Source: Candidatus Sungiibacteriota bacterium
GTDB taxonomy: Bacteria > Patescibacteriota > Minisyncoccia > Sungbacterales > JACQCQ01
Length of the DNA: 64,000 bases
Assembly: GCA_016201505.1 (NCBI GenBank)
Contig: JACQCQ010000009.1
Coordinates: forward strand, 65,991-129,990
Reading direction: 5' to 3'
A program made the translations under genes and the position numbers. Below, in pieces: positions 46,808 to 55,809 of the stretch; position 1 is the first letter of the stretch; every line of letters begins with the position of its first letter. The notes beneath the pieces are model-generated. The model was given only the letters and a program-made list of their open reading frames with translations. It made no database searches and had not been told where the DNA came from.

Positions 46808-47497
46808 TTATGTCTTTGCCGACGGACAGATTTTGTTTAAGGGACATATCACGCACTTGGGGGAGCGGGCCTGGCAGACGGCGCGGCCGTGATCGATGAA
46901 AAGCGTGTTGACTTTGGGCCACATTTCTTTTTTGTCTTTATAAATCTCCATTAAATCTTTTTCGATTTTATTGGGGTCGTCATGTTTGGTGAGTCCCAAG
47001 CGCTGGGAGACGCGGCGGACGTGGGTATCAACGGCTATGCCGCCAATAAGCTCATGAACATTCCAAAGCACGATGCTCGCCGTTTTTCGGCCAACACCGC
47101 GGAGCGTGATTAAGTCCTCAATTGTTTTGGGAATTTTCCCGCCAAAGTTTTTTTCGATAAGTTTTGCCGTCGCGATAATAGCCTTCGCCTTTGTTTGGTA
47201 TAACCCAATGCGTGAAATTTCTTTGCTAAATATTTTTGGATTAGCATTGGCAAAGTCTTTCGGTGTTTTGTATTTTTTGAATAGTTCAGCCGTGACAATA
47301 TTTACCATCTTATCAGTCGCTTGAGCCGATAAAATAACCGCCGCCAGCATCTGCATCGGCGTTTTGTAAAGAAGCGCGGTCTTTGATTCGGGGTTTAATT
47401 TGTCGAGACCGGCTAAAATCTTGGCCGCCCGCTTTTTCTTTTCGGCCGGAGATTCCTTTTTAATCCAATTTTTCCTATACTCGTTGTATTGTCCCAT
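46808..47497 (-). CDS. nth: Endonuclease III
   Basis: HhH-GPD (LRGVGRKTASIVL) and C-terminal 4Fe-4S loop CQARSPKCVICPLNKICP. The ORF track extends it to 47509. Confidence 0.9.
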   Translation of the reverse strand: MGQYNEYRKNWIKKESPAEKKKRAAKILAGLDKLNPESKTALLYKTPMQMLAAVILSAQATDKMVNIVTAELFKKYKTPKDFANANPKIFSKEISRIGLYQTKAKAIIATAKLIEKNFGGKIPKTIEDLITLRGVGRKTASIVLWNVHELIGGIAVDTHVRRVSQRLGLTKHDDPNKIEKDLMEIYKDKKEMWPKVNTLFIDHGRAVCQARSPKCVICPLNKICPSAKT

Positions 47498-47696
47498 GTT
47501 GGTTGCCACTAAAATTTACTCCATCAATGAAATCGTGCCTGTCTCTGGCAACTACATCTGCGTCCCTTGTGGCTATGTGCAGTATTTTGAAGCGGGGGAC
47601 AAGTTCATTGAGTGCCTTGCCTGTCTCGCGGGGACTCTCTATGGCCCGGCCGGGTTTCAGAGTCCGGCAGATGAGTTTTGGCAGTTTGTCGGCTAG
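47496..47696 (+). CDS. Small zinc-ribbon protein
   Basis: YICVPCGYVQYFEAGDKFIECLAC. Start inferred at the second Met. Confidence 0.35.
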   Translation: MLVATKIYSINEIVPVSGNYICVPCGYVQYFEAGDKFIECLACLAGTLYGPAGFQSPADEFWQFVG

Positions 47697-48806
47697 CTAT
47701 TTTCGTTCCGCCAGAACCGCTGAAGTCTCAAATTCAGGGTCACTTCCGCGCAGGACTTTAAATGTCAGTCTGTCGCCGATCTCGGATGTTTCGAGCACTT
47801 CTTCTAAAATATTTTTTTCGTCCAAGGGTTTTCCGTTCACTGACAAAATGATGTCTTTTTCGCGGATACCCGCCTCGGCCGCCGGACTGCCCTTAACGAC
47901 GCCTGCATGCTCCGGCGCGTGTTCACCGCGGATTAAAATCCCGTATGCGGTGGAGAGATGCAGTTTTTCTTTTAGAAAATCATTGATGGGAACGTAGCGA
48001 ATGCCAAGAAATGGCTTTTTTAATTTGCCGAATTTCATGACGGATGCTAAATCCTTCTTGGCGCGGTTAATGGGGATGGCAAATCCAATGTTTTGCGCAC
48101 CCTGCGCGATGGCCGAGTTAATAGCAATGACTTCTCCGGCGAGATTGACCAAAGGCCCGCCGGAGTTTCCCGGATTAATCGCGGCATCGGTTTGAATCAG
48201 TCCCCGCAAGTGCTCGGCGTGATGCTCATCATCCGACATGGCGGTAATAAAGCGCGAAAGGCCCGAAACGATGCCGGCCGAAACCGTGTTTTGAAATTCA
48301 CCGAGCGCGTTTCCGAGCGCCACCACGCTTTGGCCGAGTTTTATATCGTCTGAATTTCCAAGCTCCACGCTCGGCACGTTATTCGCCTCAATTTTTAAAA
48401 TCGCCACATCATTTAAGGGATCGCGGGCTAGGACTTTTGCGGTGTAGGTGTCATTGGCGGCGGTTAGGACGGTGTATTCGGCATCGGCATCAATGACGAC
48501 ATGCTTGTTCGTCAGGATATAGCCTTCGCGAGAGACCAAAAACCCGGAGCCAAAACCGACGCGGACTTTGCCGTCATCAGTTTTCGGCATATGCCGGATG
48601 ATCTCGCTTCTGGTTGTCGCGGCATGTTCGTCTTTTGCCTCACGCTCGATCTCCTGCCACATGCTTTCTGGGATAGAGTGGAGCAAGGCCTCGCTGTCTT
48701 TTCCGATCACAATGGAGACGACCGCCGGCAACGCTTTCTTGATAGCCTCAATAATTGATTCTTCGTGAGTCATGGAGTCAGTATATAGCGACTGGCGGTT
48801 AGCCAC
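47697..48806 (-). CDS. htrA: HtrA/DegP-family serine protease with PDZ domain
   Basis: Catalytic-triad context HVV, D, GNSGGPLVN. C-terminal PDZ. Confidence 0.9.
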   Translation of the reverse strand: MANRQSLYTDSMTHEESIIEAIKKALPAVVSIVIGKDSEALLHSIPESMWQEIEREAKDEHAATTRSEIIRHMPKTDDGKVRVGFGSGFLVSREGYILTNKHVVIDADAEYTVLTAANDTYTAKVLARDPLNDVAILKIEANNVPSVELGNSDDIKLGQSVVALGNALGEFQNTVSAGIVSGLSRFITAMSDDEHHAEHLRGLIQTDAAINPGNSGGPLVNLAGEVIAINSAIAQGAQNIGFAIPINRAKKDLASVMKFGKLKKPFLGIRYVPINDFLKEKLHLSTAYGILIRGEHAPEHAGVVKGSPAAEAGIREKDIILSVNGKPLDEKNILEEVLETSEIGDRLTFKVLRGSDPEFETSAVLAERK

Positions 48807-48871
48807 TAGCCACTAGAAATGGCATCAATAAGTCGCTATAGTGCGTAATGATCTGATAGAAAAAAAGTCTA

Positions 48872-48943
48872 GCCCTCGTAGTTCAACGGATAGAACAGCA
48901 CAGTCCTAACGTGCTAATAGAGGTTCAATTCCTCTCGAGGGCG
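48872..48943 (+). tRNA. tRNA-Arg (CCT)
   Basis: Acceptor GCCCTCG/CGAGGGC. Anticodon loop GTCCTAA. T arm AGAGG-TTCAATT-CCTCT. Discriminator G. It has an A31:C39 mismatch, like the other tRNA-Arg. Confidence 0.6.
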
Positions 48944-48986
48944 CCAGGCGCCCTTTCACAATCAAATACCGAAAAGGAGAAAAACG

Positions 48987-49535
48987 GTGGAGAAGACGTA
49001 TCACCTGACGCGTCTGGCCGGCTGTTCGTGGACAGCTGAAACCCCGGACAGGCTGTTGGCTGATCTGGAAAAGTTATTGAAGGATCATCTGCCGTTCCGC
49101 CATTACGGAGTGATGCACGAAAACGGCCAGGGCACATTCCAACTCGTGGCCCAACGAGTAATGGATGAGTTCCGCATGACCCGCGAATTCCCGGTCATCA
49201 TTCTCGGATTTCGCGACGATCTCGCGGGGCCGGGAAAATTTATCGCAGAGCGTTTTTTCGGCGGCCCGGACAGCTGGTATGAAACGAGACCCCTGCCTTT
49301 CGCCAACTTTAAAAGCCACGAGTTGTTGCTGCGTCACATCCGTCAGCAGTTTTCAGCTCATCTCTCCTGCCGTCAAGCGGCGCGATGGGGCAGTGAGGCG
49401 CGATCAAAGCTCGGCGCGGAGTATATCGCCTTCCGACTGCATCTCCTCGGGCGTGAAGGAACGCCCTTTCCGATTGGCCTCATCACCTTGGTCGAGGCCA
49501 AAGAGGAACGTGAAGCGCCGGCTCACATGACATGA
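48987..49535 (+). CDS. Hypothetical protein in a GC-rich segment directly 3' of tRNA-Arg
   Basis: 182 aa. Composition differs from its neighbours. No recognised family. Confidence 0.55.
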   Translation: MEKTYHLTRLAGCSWTAETPDRLLADLEKLLKDHLPFRHYGVMHENGQGTFQLVAQRVMDEFRMTREFPVIILGFRDDLAGPGKFIAERFFGGPDSWYETRPLPFANFKSHELLLRHIRQQFSAHLSCRQAARWGSEARSKLGAEYIAFRLHLLGREGTPFPIGLITLVEAKEEREAPAHMT

Positions 49536-49640
49536 GCCGGCGCGTTTTCATCCACCGTCACAGCAGACCTCGAGCATCAGCCCGAGGCTTGGTGCAAACC
49601 ATAGACAGATGTACCCTCGACAGGGTTGAAGTCTAGATGC

Positions 49641-49740
49641 TGTGGCGGATTCCGCTGATCTCGCAAGAGTTTCCGCCTTCGGCGGAAACTGCGAGATACC
49701 ACGGCCGCGTCAGACGCGGCCGTGGAGCTTCATTTGACTT
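49641..49740 (+). ncRNA. Conserved two-hairpin RNA motif (copy A) in the 5' leader of the abrB-like/efflux operon
   Basis: TGGCGGATTCCGC, then hairpin ATCTCGCAAGAGTT..UUCG..TGCGAGAT, then hairpin CACGGCCGCG-TCAGA-CGCGGCCGTG, then AGCTTCA. Confidence 0.45.
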
Positions 49741-49796
49741 ATTTTTTCCGCCGCGTACACTAAAATCATACTTTTCATACTTTTTTAAGAAGCCTT

Positions 49797-50045
49797 ATGA
49801 AACCCAAACCCTTCGGTCAGCATACATTGTACGGCTCAACCACGGTCGGCGCTCGGGGCCAAGTCGTCATTCCGATTAAGGCGCGGCGCGATCTTAAATT
49901 AAAAGCCGGCGAAGAGATGCTCGTCGCTGGCGCGCATGGGCGCTTCTTAATGATCATGAAGATCTCGGAGATGAAGGGCATTATGGAGGAGCTTGCCGAA
50001 CGCATCTCGGAATTTAAAAAACTCGCCTCGACTGCAAAAAAATAA
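49797..50045 (+). CDS. AbrB/MazE (SpoVT-AbrB) family small DNA-binding protein
   Basis: GQVVIPIKARRDLKLKAGEEMLV swapped-hairpin motif. Confidence 0.65.
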   Translation: MKPKPFGQHTLYGSTTVGARGQVVIPIKARRDLKLKAGEEMLVAGAHGRFLMIMKISEMKGIMEELAERISEFKKLASTAKK

Positions 50046-50048
50046 CCT

Positions 50049-51575
50049 ATGGTTTTGAAATTGAGTCTTAAAACGTGGCTTTGGATTTTGGGCGCTGCCG
50101 TCATTCTCGGCGGTGGATATTTCGTGTTCCATAAATCCGCGCCGAAGACCGAACTGGTAAAAGCCAAAATGCGCGACGTGGTGGATGTGGTTACCGTAAC
50201 AGGATCCATCGAGCCGGCAACCAGCATCAATTTAGAATTTCTTTCAAGCGGCAAGGTGGTCTATCGGCCGGTGTGGGTAGGGTCTCAAGTTTCCGCCAGC
50301 CAGGTTCTGATGAGCCTGGATGGGCGCGACATCAATTTGCAAATTCAAAAAGCCGAAGCGGTGCAGGAAGGCAATCAAGCGAAACTCGATCAATTAAAAG
50401 CCGGAGCGACATCGGGGACTGTTGCCCAGCTGGAGAATGCACTGGCCGCAAGTTACGAGGAGGCGTTGGTTGCGCTGGATACGGCGCTCACCAAAGCCGA
50501 CAAGGCATTCACCATACTGCGCAGCGACGTGTATACGCAAACCAACACGGTGCGTACGGATTTTCAACTGCAGTTGGATTCAAGCGTGGCCAAAGCCCAA
50601 AACGATAAAAATGCCGCTGATGCGGCGGAGGCAGACGTGCGGTCTATGCGTGACGTGGCAGCGGTTAGCATTGCGGGGCCAAATCCATCCGGGAATTTGA
50701 ATGTCGATCTCTTCTTTCAAAAGGCGCCGGCGGAATTAAATGCGGTGAGCCAGTCGCTCGTCAGTTCGGTCGCATTGTTACGAGCCGTTATCTCGCCGAC
50801 CGTGAGCCAGTCAACCGTTAGCGGATATTTAACCGATATCGCCGGTGTTCAAAGCGAACTGAATACGGCCATGACCTCGCTCACGGATGCGGTTGCCGCC
50901 ATCCAGTCAGCCAAAGACGCGTTGCGGGTAAAAATTGAGCCGCCGCGCGCGGTAGATCTCGCAGTTTTGGAAGCTAACGTCAATTCTGCCACGGCCGATG
51001 TGGCTATCCTCAAGGAACAAAAAAGTGATTTAAGTTTGGTCGCTCCGGTTGGGGGAACGGTCACCGCGCTTAATTATGAAATCGGCGAAATTGCGCGTCC
51101 CAGCATAACGGCGGTCTCATTAATTTCGCGAGGTGGATTTGAAGTCGAGGCCAATGTCCCAGAAGTTGATATTGCCAAAGTCGCGCTTGCTGATCGCGTC
51201 AAAATTACGTTCGATTCATTGCCCGGGGAGACGTTCGATGGAAAAGTCACGCACATCGATCCAGCCGAAACCGTGGTCTCGGGGGTAACCAACTACAAGA
51301 TTAAAGTCGCGCTTGAAATAAAAGACAACCGCATTAAAAGCGGCGGGACGGCAAATCTCGCCATCGAGACCTTGCGAAAACCGCATGTCTTGACACTGCC
51401 GCAGTTTGGCATTATCGAGCGTGATGACGGCACGTTCGTCCATAAAATAGTCAACGGCAAAGAAGAGGAGGTCAAAATTACGACCGGCATTCGCAGTTCG
51501 GACGGGTATGTTGAAATTCTTTCGGGATTGCAAGAAGGCGAAGCGGTCGTGAATGTCGGAGTGAAAACGCATTAG
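50049..51575 (+). CDS. Periplasmic adaptor (HlyD/membrane-fusion) protein of an ABC efflux system
   Basis: N-terminal TM, long coiled-coil, beta-barrel C-terminus. Precedes MacB-like ABC genes. Confidence 0.8.
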   Translation: MVLKLSLKTWLWILGAAVILGGGYFVFHKSAPKTELVKAKMRDVVDVVTVTGSIEPATSINLEFLSSGKVVYRPVWVGSQVSASQVLMSLDGRDINLQIQKAEAVQEGNQAKLDQLKAGATSGTVAQLENALAASYEEALVALDTALTKADKAFTILRSDVYTQTNTVRTDFQLQLDSSVAKAQNDKNAADAAEADVRSMRDVAAVSIAGPNPSGNLNVDLFFQKAPAELNAVSQSLVSSVALLRAVISPTVSQSTVSGYLTDIAGVQSELNTAMTSLTDAVAAIQSAKDALRVKIEPPRAVDLAVLEANVNSATADVAILKEQKSDLSLVAPVGGTVTALNYEIGEIARPSITAVSLISRGGFEVEANVPEVDIAKVALADRVKITFDSLPGETFDGKVTHIDPAETVVSGVTNYKIKVALEIKDNRIKSGGTANLAIETLRKPHVLTLPQFGIIERDDGTFVHKIVNGKEEEVKITTGIRSSDGYVEILSGLQEGEAVVNVGVKTH

Positions 51576-51579
51576 CGTT

Positions 51580-51700
51580 AATTTCTAGATCCTAATTTCT
51601 AAATCCGAAACAAATGCCAACGCACAAAATCCCAAATTTAGAACTTTTGAATTTAGAATTTGTTTAGAGTTTAGGATTTCGTGCTTAGGATTTTGAACCT
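51580..51700. repeat. Approximately 115-bp AT-rich intergenic repeat (copy 1; copy 2 at 59318-59430)
   Basis: tcctaatttctaaatccgaaacaaat ... ttttgaatttgtttagagtttaggatttcgtgcttag is shared almost verbatim. Confidence 0.6.
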
Positions 51701-52417
51701 GTGATTTCCGTAAAAAATCTGGCAAAAGAATATCTCGTCGATGAAACAGCGACCAAAGCGCTTCGCGGTATCTCATTTGATATCGATGAAGGCGAGTTTG
51801 TGGCCGTCATGGGGCCATCAGGTTCGGGGAAATCGACTCTACTCCATATTTTGAGTTTTTTGGATCGTCCCACGGTAGGTTCGTATACATTCTTGGGAAA
51901 AAGTATTCAGGATTTAAGCGATCAAGAATTGGCCCACATTCGAAATCAAGAAATGGGATTTATCTTTCAGGCTTTTAACTTGCTTTCGCGCTCGTCCGTC
52001 TATCAAAATGTCGAAATTCCCTTGCTCTATTCAGATCTGCCGGTACGAGAGCGGAGACCACGCATTTTGAGCGCTGTGGCGTCAGTCGGACTTTCCGAAA
52101 AGTTAGGGACTGAAGCCGGCAGACTTTCAGGCGGTCAAAAACAGCGGGTGGCCATTGCCCGGGCGCTGGTTAATGAACCGGCCATCGTGTTCGCCGATGA
52201 GCCGACGGGTAATCTCGATTCAGAATCGGGCGGCGAGGTCATGGAAATTTTTGAAAAGCTGCATAATCAAGGCCGCACGATTGTGCTGGTTACGCATGAG
52301 ACCTACACCTCCGAATTTGCGCGTCGACTCATTCGATTAAAAGACGGCTTGATTGAAGTTGACGAGCCGATTGTGAAGCGGCATCGGCACCTTAACGGCG
52401 AAAAACTATTTAAATAA
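51701..52417 (+). CDS. ABC transporter ATP-binding protein (MacB/LolD-like)
   Basis: GPSGSGKSTLLHIL, LSGGQKQRVAIARAL, IVFADEPTGNLD. Confidence 0.9.
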   Translation: MISVKNLAKEYLVDETATKALRGISFDIDEGEFVAVMGPSGSGKSTLLHILSFLDRPTVGSYTFLGKSIQDLSDQELAHIRNQEMGFIFQAFNLLSRSSVYQNVEIPLLYSDLPVRERRPRILSAVASVGLSEKLGTEAGRLSGGQKQRVAIARALVNEPAIVFADEPTGNLDSESGGEVMEIFEKLHNQGRTIVLVTHETYTSEFARRLIRLKDGLIEVDEPIVKRHRHLNGEKLFK

Positions 52418-52433
52418 ACTTCTGAAAAAATAC

Positions 52434-52538
52434 ATCCCGTTAGAAGCCGCGATCGCGAAAGACGGAATACATATGAAAATTATAATTAAAATGATTTTAC
52501 AGCAAACGCGTTTGATCGCGATCTGCTTCTAACGGGAT
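52434..52538. repeat. MITE-like element with ATCCCGTTAGAAGC / GCTTCTAACGGGAT TIRs between the ABC ATPase and permease genes
   Basis: Perfect 14-bp TIRs. The permease ATG lies in the right TIR (ctaacgggATGaaa). Confidence 0.6.
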
Positions 52539-53784
52539 GAAATTTCAAGATGTGGCCAAAACTTCAGTCGAAGCCTTAAAACGAAATAAAACCCGCTCGA
52601 TATTGACGATGCTCGGCATTATCATCGGCATTGCCTCGGTTATTCTTTTAATGTCGCTCGGCCAATCGGCGCAGAATTTAATTTTAAACCAAGTCCAAGG
52701 GACCGGCTCAAATTTAATTTTCGTCATACCCGGGGGGACCGACAAAGGCTCGCGCTTTTCTTCTCCGGCATCTGTTCAGGGAATTGTCATCAAGACATTG
52801 ATCCAAGATGATTTAGATGCGTTAAAACGCGAGCCGACCATTGCCAAGGCCTCGGCCGAAGTAAGGGGTCAGGCCAAAATCGTCTACCAAAATAATGACT
52901 CAACGGTAACGTTCGATGGGACGAACGCCGATTTTTTCAGCATCCGTAATTTTACGATTGCGCGCGGCGCGGCATTCACCGATTCTGATCTCAACTCGTT
53001 CAATCGCGTCGCGGTTCTCGGGTCTGAAATTTCAAAAACTTTATTCGGCGAGCTCGATCCGATCGGCAAAACAATTCGACTGAAAGACGTTTCGTTTCGC
53101 GTGGTCGGCGTCTTAGACGCCAAGGGCTTAGGCCCGTTCGGCATCGATCAGGACAATTTAGTCTTGGTTCCGATCACGGTTGCGCAAAGACAGATGCTCG
53201 GGATTAATTATTTTAATGTGATTACGGTCGAGGCCTCGGACGCCTACACCATTGATTTTACCAAAGCGCGGATTATTTCCGTTTTGCGCCAGGATCATCG
53301 GATTACCGATCCCCACAAAGATGACTTTACCATCCGTACCCAGGAAGATGCGCTCGCACTCCTTGGCAACATTACTTCGATTATGAAATTATTTTTGATT
53401 TCAATCGCCTGCATTTCTTTAATTGTCGGCGGCATCGGCATTATGAACATCATGCTGGTCTCCGTCGTTGAGCGAACGCGCGAAATCGGCCTGCGGAAAG
53501 CCGTTGGGGCTACAAATAATGACATCCTGCAGCAATTTTTATTTGAAGCCGTCATGCTGACGTTTGCCGGCGGCGTTATCGGCATTGTCATCGGTTCGGG
53601 ACTTTCGGTGCTGGCGTATGTTGTGTTATCGAAACTCGTCTCGACCGGCTGGACGCTTTCACTCCCCATTTCCGCCGTCATTCTTGCGGCGGGCGTTTCT
53701 TCTCTGATCGGACTTGTCTTCGGCATTTATCCGGCGCGAAAAGCGGCCATCGCCAACCCCATTGATTCGCTGCGGTATGAGTAG
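52537..53784 (+). CDS. ABC transporter permease (MacB/FtsX-like)
   Basis: N-terminal TM, large periplasmic domain, C-terminal 3 TMs with FtsX motifs. Confidence 0.9.
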   Translation: MKFQDVAKTSVEALKRNKTRSILTMLGIIIGIASVILLMSLGQSAQNLILNQVQGTGSNLIFVIPGGTDKGSRFSSPASVQGIVIKTLIQDDLDALKREPTIAKASAEVRGQAKIVYQNNDSTVTFDGTNADFFSIRNFTIARGAAFTDSDLNSFNRVAVLGSEISKTLFGELDPIGKTIRLKDVSFRVVGVLDAKGLGPFGIDQDNLVLVPITVAQRQMLGINYFNVITVEASDAYTIDFTKARIISVLRQDHRITDPHKDDFTIRTQEDALALLGNITSIMKLFLISIACISLIVGGIGIMNIMLVSVVERTREIGLRKAVGATNNDILQQFLFEAVMLTFAGGVIGIVIGSGLSVLAYVVLSKLVSTGWTLSLPISAVILAAGVSSLIGLVFGIYPARKAAIANPIDSLRYE

Positions 53785-54076
53785 CGGGCATTCGGCTTTT
53801 ATTTTTTGCAAACGGCGATTTTCCCACCGAGAAAATCACTTTCCCAATCTCCTCGCTCGTCCTGCCACGGCTTAGGACACCATGGTCGCTCGTCGATTGA
53901 GGATTTCAAAAAATAATAGTCTCATTTTTGTCTTTCTGAATGCAGGCCGTTGGCCTTTTTTAAATAAAGAACCCAGCCCTGTTCACTATGATCTTCCTCC
54001 TGCGTTGAAAACGCGTCTTTTTGCTGGTATTCTGTTAAGACGTTAAACGCGCAAAAATTTCAAGTCGAGTATTTCG

Positions 54077-54147
54077 GGGCCTATGGTATAGCGGCAACAC
54101 AACTCCATGGCATGGAGTAGTCCCGGGTCCGATTCCCGGTAGGTCCA
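54077..54147 (+). tRNA. tRNA-Ala (GGC)
   Basis: G3:U70 wobble in the acceptor. Anticodon stem ACTCC/GGAGT with loop ATGGCAT. T arm CCGGG...CCCGG. Discriminator A. D-arm pairing is imperfect, so it needs tRNAscan confirmation. Confidence 0.55.
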
Positions 54148-54354
54148 CTGCTTCGCCTTCGGGCTACGCAGTGCAAGCACTGTTAGCACAAGAAAGGCCT
54201 ATCAAAAGAGATGAGATCAAAATCAAGAAGCAGTGTCCTGCGTAGCTCGGAGAGCGAAGCAGGGCAAGCACTGTTAGCACAAGAAAGGCCTATCAAAAGA
54301 GATGAGATCAAAATCAAGAAGCAGTGTCCTGCGTAGCTCGGAGAGCGAAGCGGG
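54148..54354. repeat. 2 x 91-bp tandem direct repeat, each unit closed by an inverted-repeat arm, immediately 3' of tRNA-Ala
   Basis: The units 54173-54263 and 54264-54354 differ at 1 position. Arm ctgcttcgccttcgggctacgcag (54148-54171) is the complement of ctgcgtagctcggagagcgaagc at each unit end. Confidence 0.8.
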
Positions 54355-54362
54355 GCAACGAT

Positions 54363-54602
54363 ATGTATTTCACCTATATTCTTCGGAGTGATAAAGATGG
54401 AAGCTGTTATACTGGCATAACGGATAATTTGAAACGGCGTATAGCTGAGCACAATTCGGGCAATGTAACTTATACATCAAGTAAGAGCCCTTTTAGGCTT
54501 GTATGGTTTTGCGGATTCCCGACTAAGAAAAAAGCTTTAGAGTTTGAGCTATATCTGAAGTCGCATTCTGGGATTGCGTTTAGGAATAAGAGGTTGATTT
54601 AG
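54363..54602 (+). CDS. GIY-YIG nuclease-domain small protein
   Basis: MYFTYILRSDKDGSCYTGITDNLKRRIAEHNSG. Confidence 0.8.
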   Translation: MYFTYILRSDKDGSCYTGITDNLKRRIAEHNSGNVTYTSSKSPFRLVWFCGFPTKKKALEFELYLKSHSGIAFRNKRLI

Positions 54603-54778
54603 ATTGTAAAAAGTTTGATTCTCATCGGGATATAAAAAGAACTCCCTCGAACCTCCACCGGTGAAGATGGAGATCCGAGAGGTAACGCATGTTGCCTAAC
54701 GTCCAGATAAGGTCCACCAAATGAAAAAAGTTAACCGTGAGACAAAAAATTGAGGGCTCTTTTGCAAAAGAGCCCCGG

Positions 54779-55039
54779 TTAGGAGGAGGACGGTACTGCT
54801 CCCGGTCCTTTGAAGATGGCAATGGTTGAGCCGTCTGGCTCAATCCGGATATATCCGGCGGCCGCCATTTCATGGAGCACCTGACGGAAGGGCCGATCCG
54901 CAGAAAAAAAGAGATCGAGTCCGAGCCCACGCATTCTCGTCAAGGTATCGGCCAGAAGCTCGTTCGGACTCCGCTTCCGATCATCAGCCGCCACGACATC
55001 GAGCATGATGGAAACAACTCGATCCTCGGTTGTTATCAT
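54779..55039 (-). CDS. Hypothetical protein (GC-richer)
   Basis: 86 aa from the Met at 55039. No family recognised. Confidence 0.35.
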   Translation of the reverse strand: MITTEDRVVSIMLDVVAADDRKRSPNELLADTLTRMRGLGLDLFFSADRPFRQVLHEMAAAGYIRIEPDGSTIAIFKGPGAVPSSS

Positions 55040-55184
55040 GGCAACACCTCCTGTAACTCCAGTATAGTCGCATCGGCCCGATAAGTTTTCCACCCACCCT
55101 TTCTCGCGCGAAACCTTTGACGAATGGGCACAGTTATAGTAGACAAAGGGAGTCAGCCAATCCTTTAAATGGAACATTTCGCAC

Positions 55185-55808
55185 ATGTCTTTGGATCAAA
55201 ATGACTCTCAGCTTGGTTTCTACGACGAAGGACAAGATGGACTAAAAGACGAGGTTCTGCTCCACGCTTCCGCGGACGACCCTCGTCTTTTTGAGGTTAT
55301 CGTCCGCCGCTATCAGGAGCCGTTTTTACGAGCCGCGACCCGCATTGTGCGCCGGCGTGAAGATGCCGAAGACATCGTCCAGGAAGCCTTTTTAAAAATT
55401 TATAGAAATGCGGGAAAATTCGTAAAACAGGAAAATATCGAATTTAAAAGTTGGGCCTACAAGGTTGTGTTAAATACCGCCTTCACGCATTATCAACGGC
55501 TAAAAAAACGCGGGATTTCCGAAGAGTCAGACGAAGCACTGCTCACGGTTGGAAAAGATGAGCACATAGAGGACGCGCTTCATACCAAGATGTTGCTCGA
55601 GCGCGTTATGGCTGATCTCCCCGAAGATCTGGCCCACGTTTTGCGCCAACACTACATAGCCGATAAAGCCTATGAGACCATTGCGGGCGAAGAAAGAACG
55701 ACGATCGCCTCAATTAAAATGAGGCTCTATCGAGCGCGCAAGGCCTTTAAGAAACTTTCAGACGATAAGCCGAGTTCCATAGAAAAGAAGCCTAATCACA
55801 CTTATTGA
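55185..55808 (+). CDS. ECF-type RNA polymerase sigma factor
   Basis: Region 2 EDAEDIVQEAFLKIYRN and region 4 TIASIKMRLYRARKAFKK. Confidence 0.85.
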   Translation: MSLDQNDSQLGFYDEGQDGLKDEVLLHASADDPRLFEVIVRRYQEPFLRAATRIVRRREDAEDIVQEAFLKIYRNAGKFVKQENIEFKSWAYKVVLNTAFTHYQRLKKRGISEESDEALLTVGKDEHIEDALHTKMLLERVMADLPEDLAHVLRQHYIADKAYETIAGEERTTIASIKMRLYRARKAFKKLSDDKPSSIEKKPNHTY

Positions 55809-55809
55809 T

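Noticed and set aside
43058-46890. The 65-bp repeats as integron attC sites or a CRISPR array
   Set aside because: There is no GTTRRRY/RYYYAAC core and no regular spacer periodicity. The repeats translate in reverse complement to the Nth Fe-S loop, so they are gene-end remnants.
49641-49740. RNA motif copy A as merely the terminator of the upstream GC-rich gene
   Set aside because: Copy B lies downstream of an independent canonical terminator and directly before a start codon. The compensatory changes also indicate a conserved structured leader.
54183-54452. 89-aa minus-strand ORF
   Set aside because: It lies entirely within the 2 x 91-bp tandem repeat and overlaps the GIY-YIG start, so it is an artefact of the repeat.
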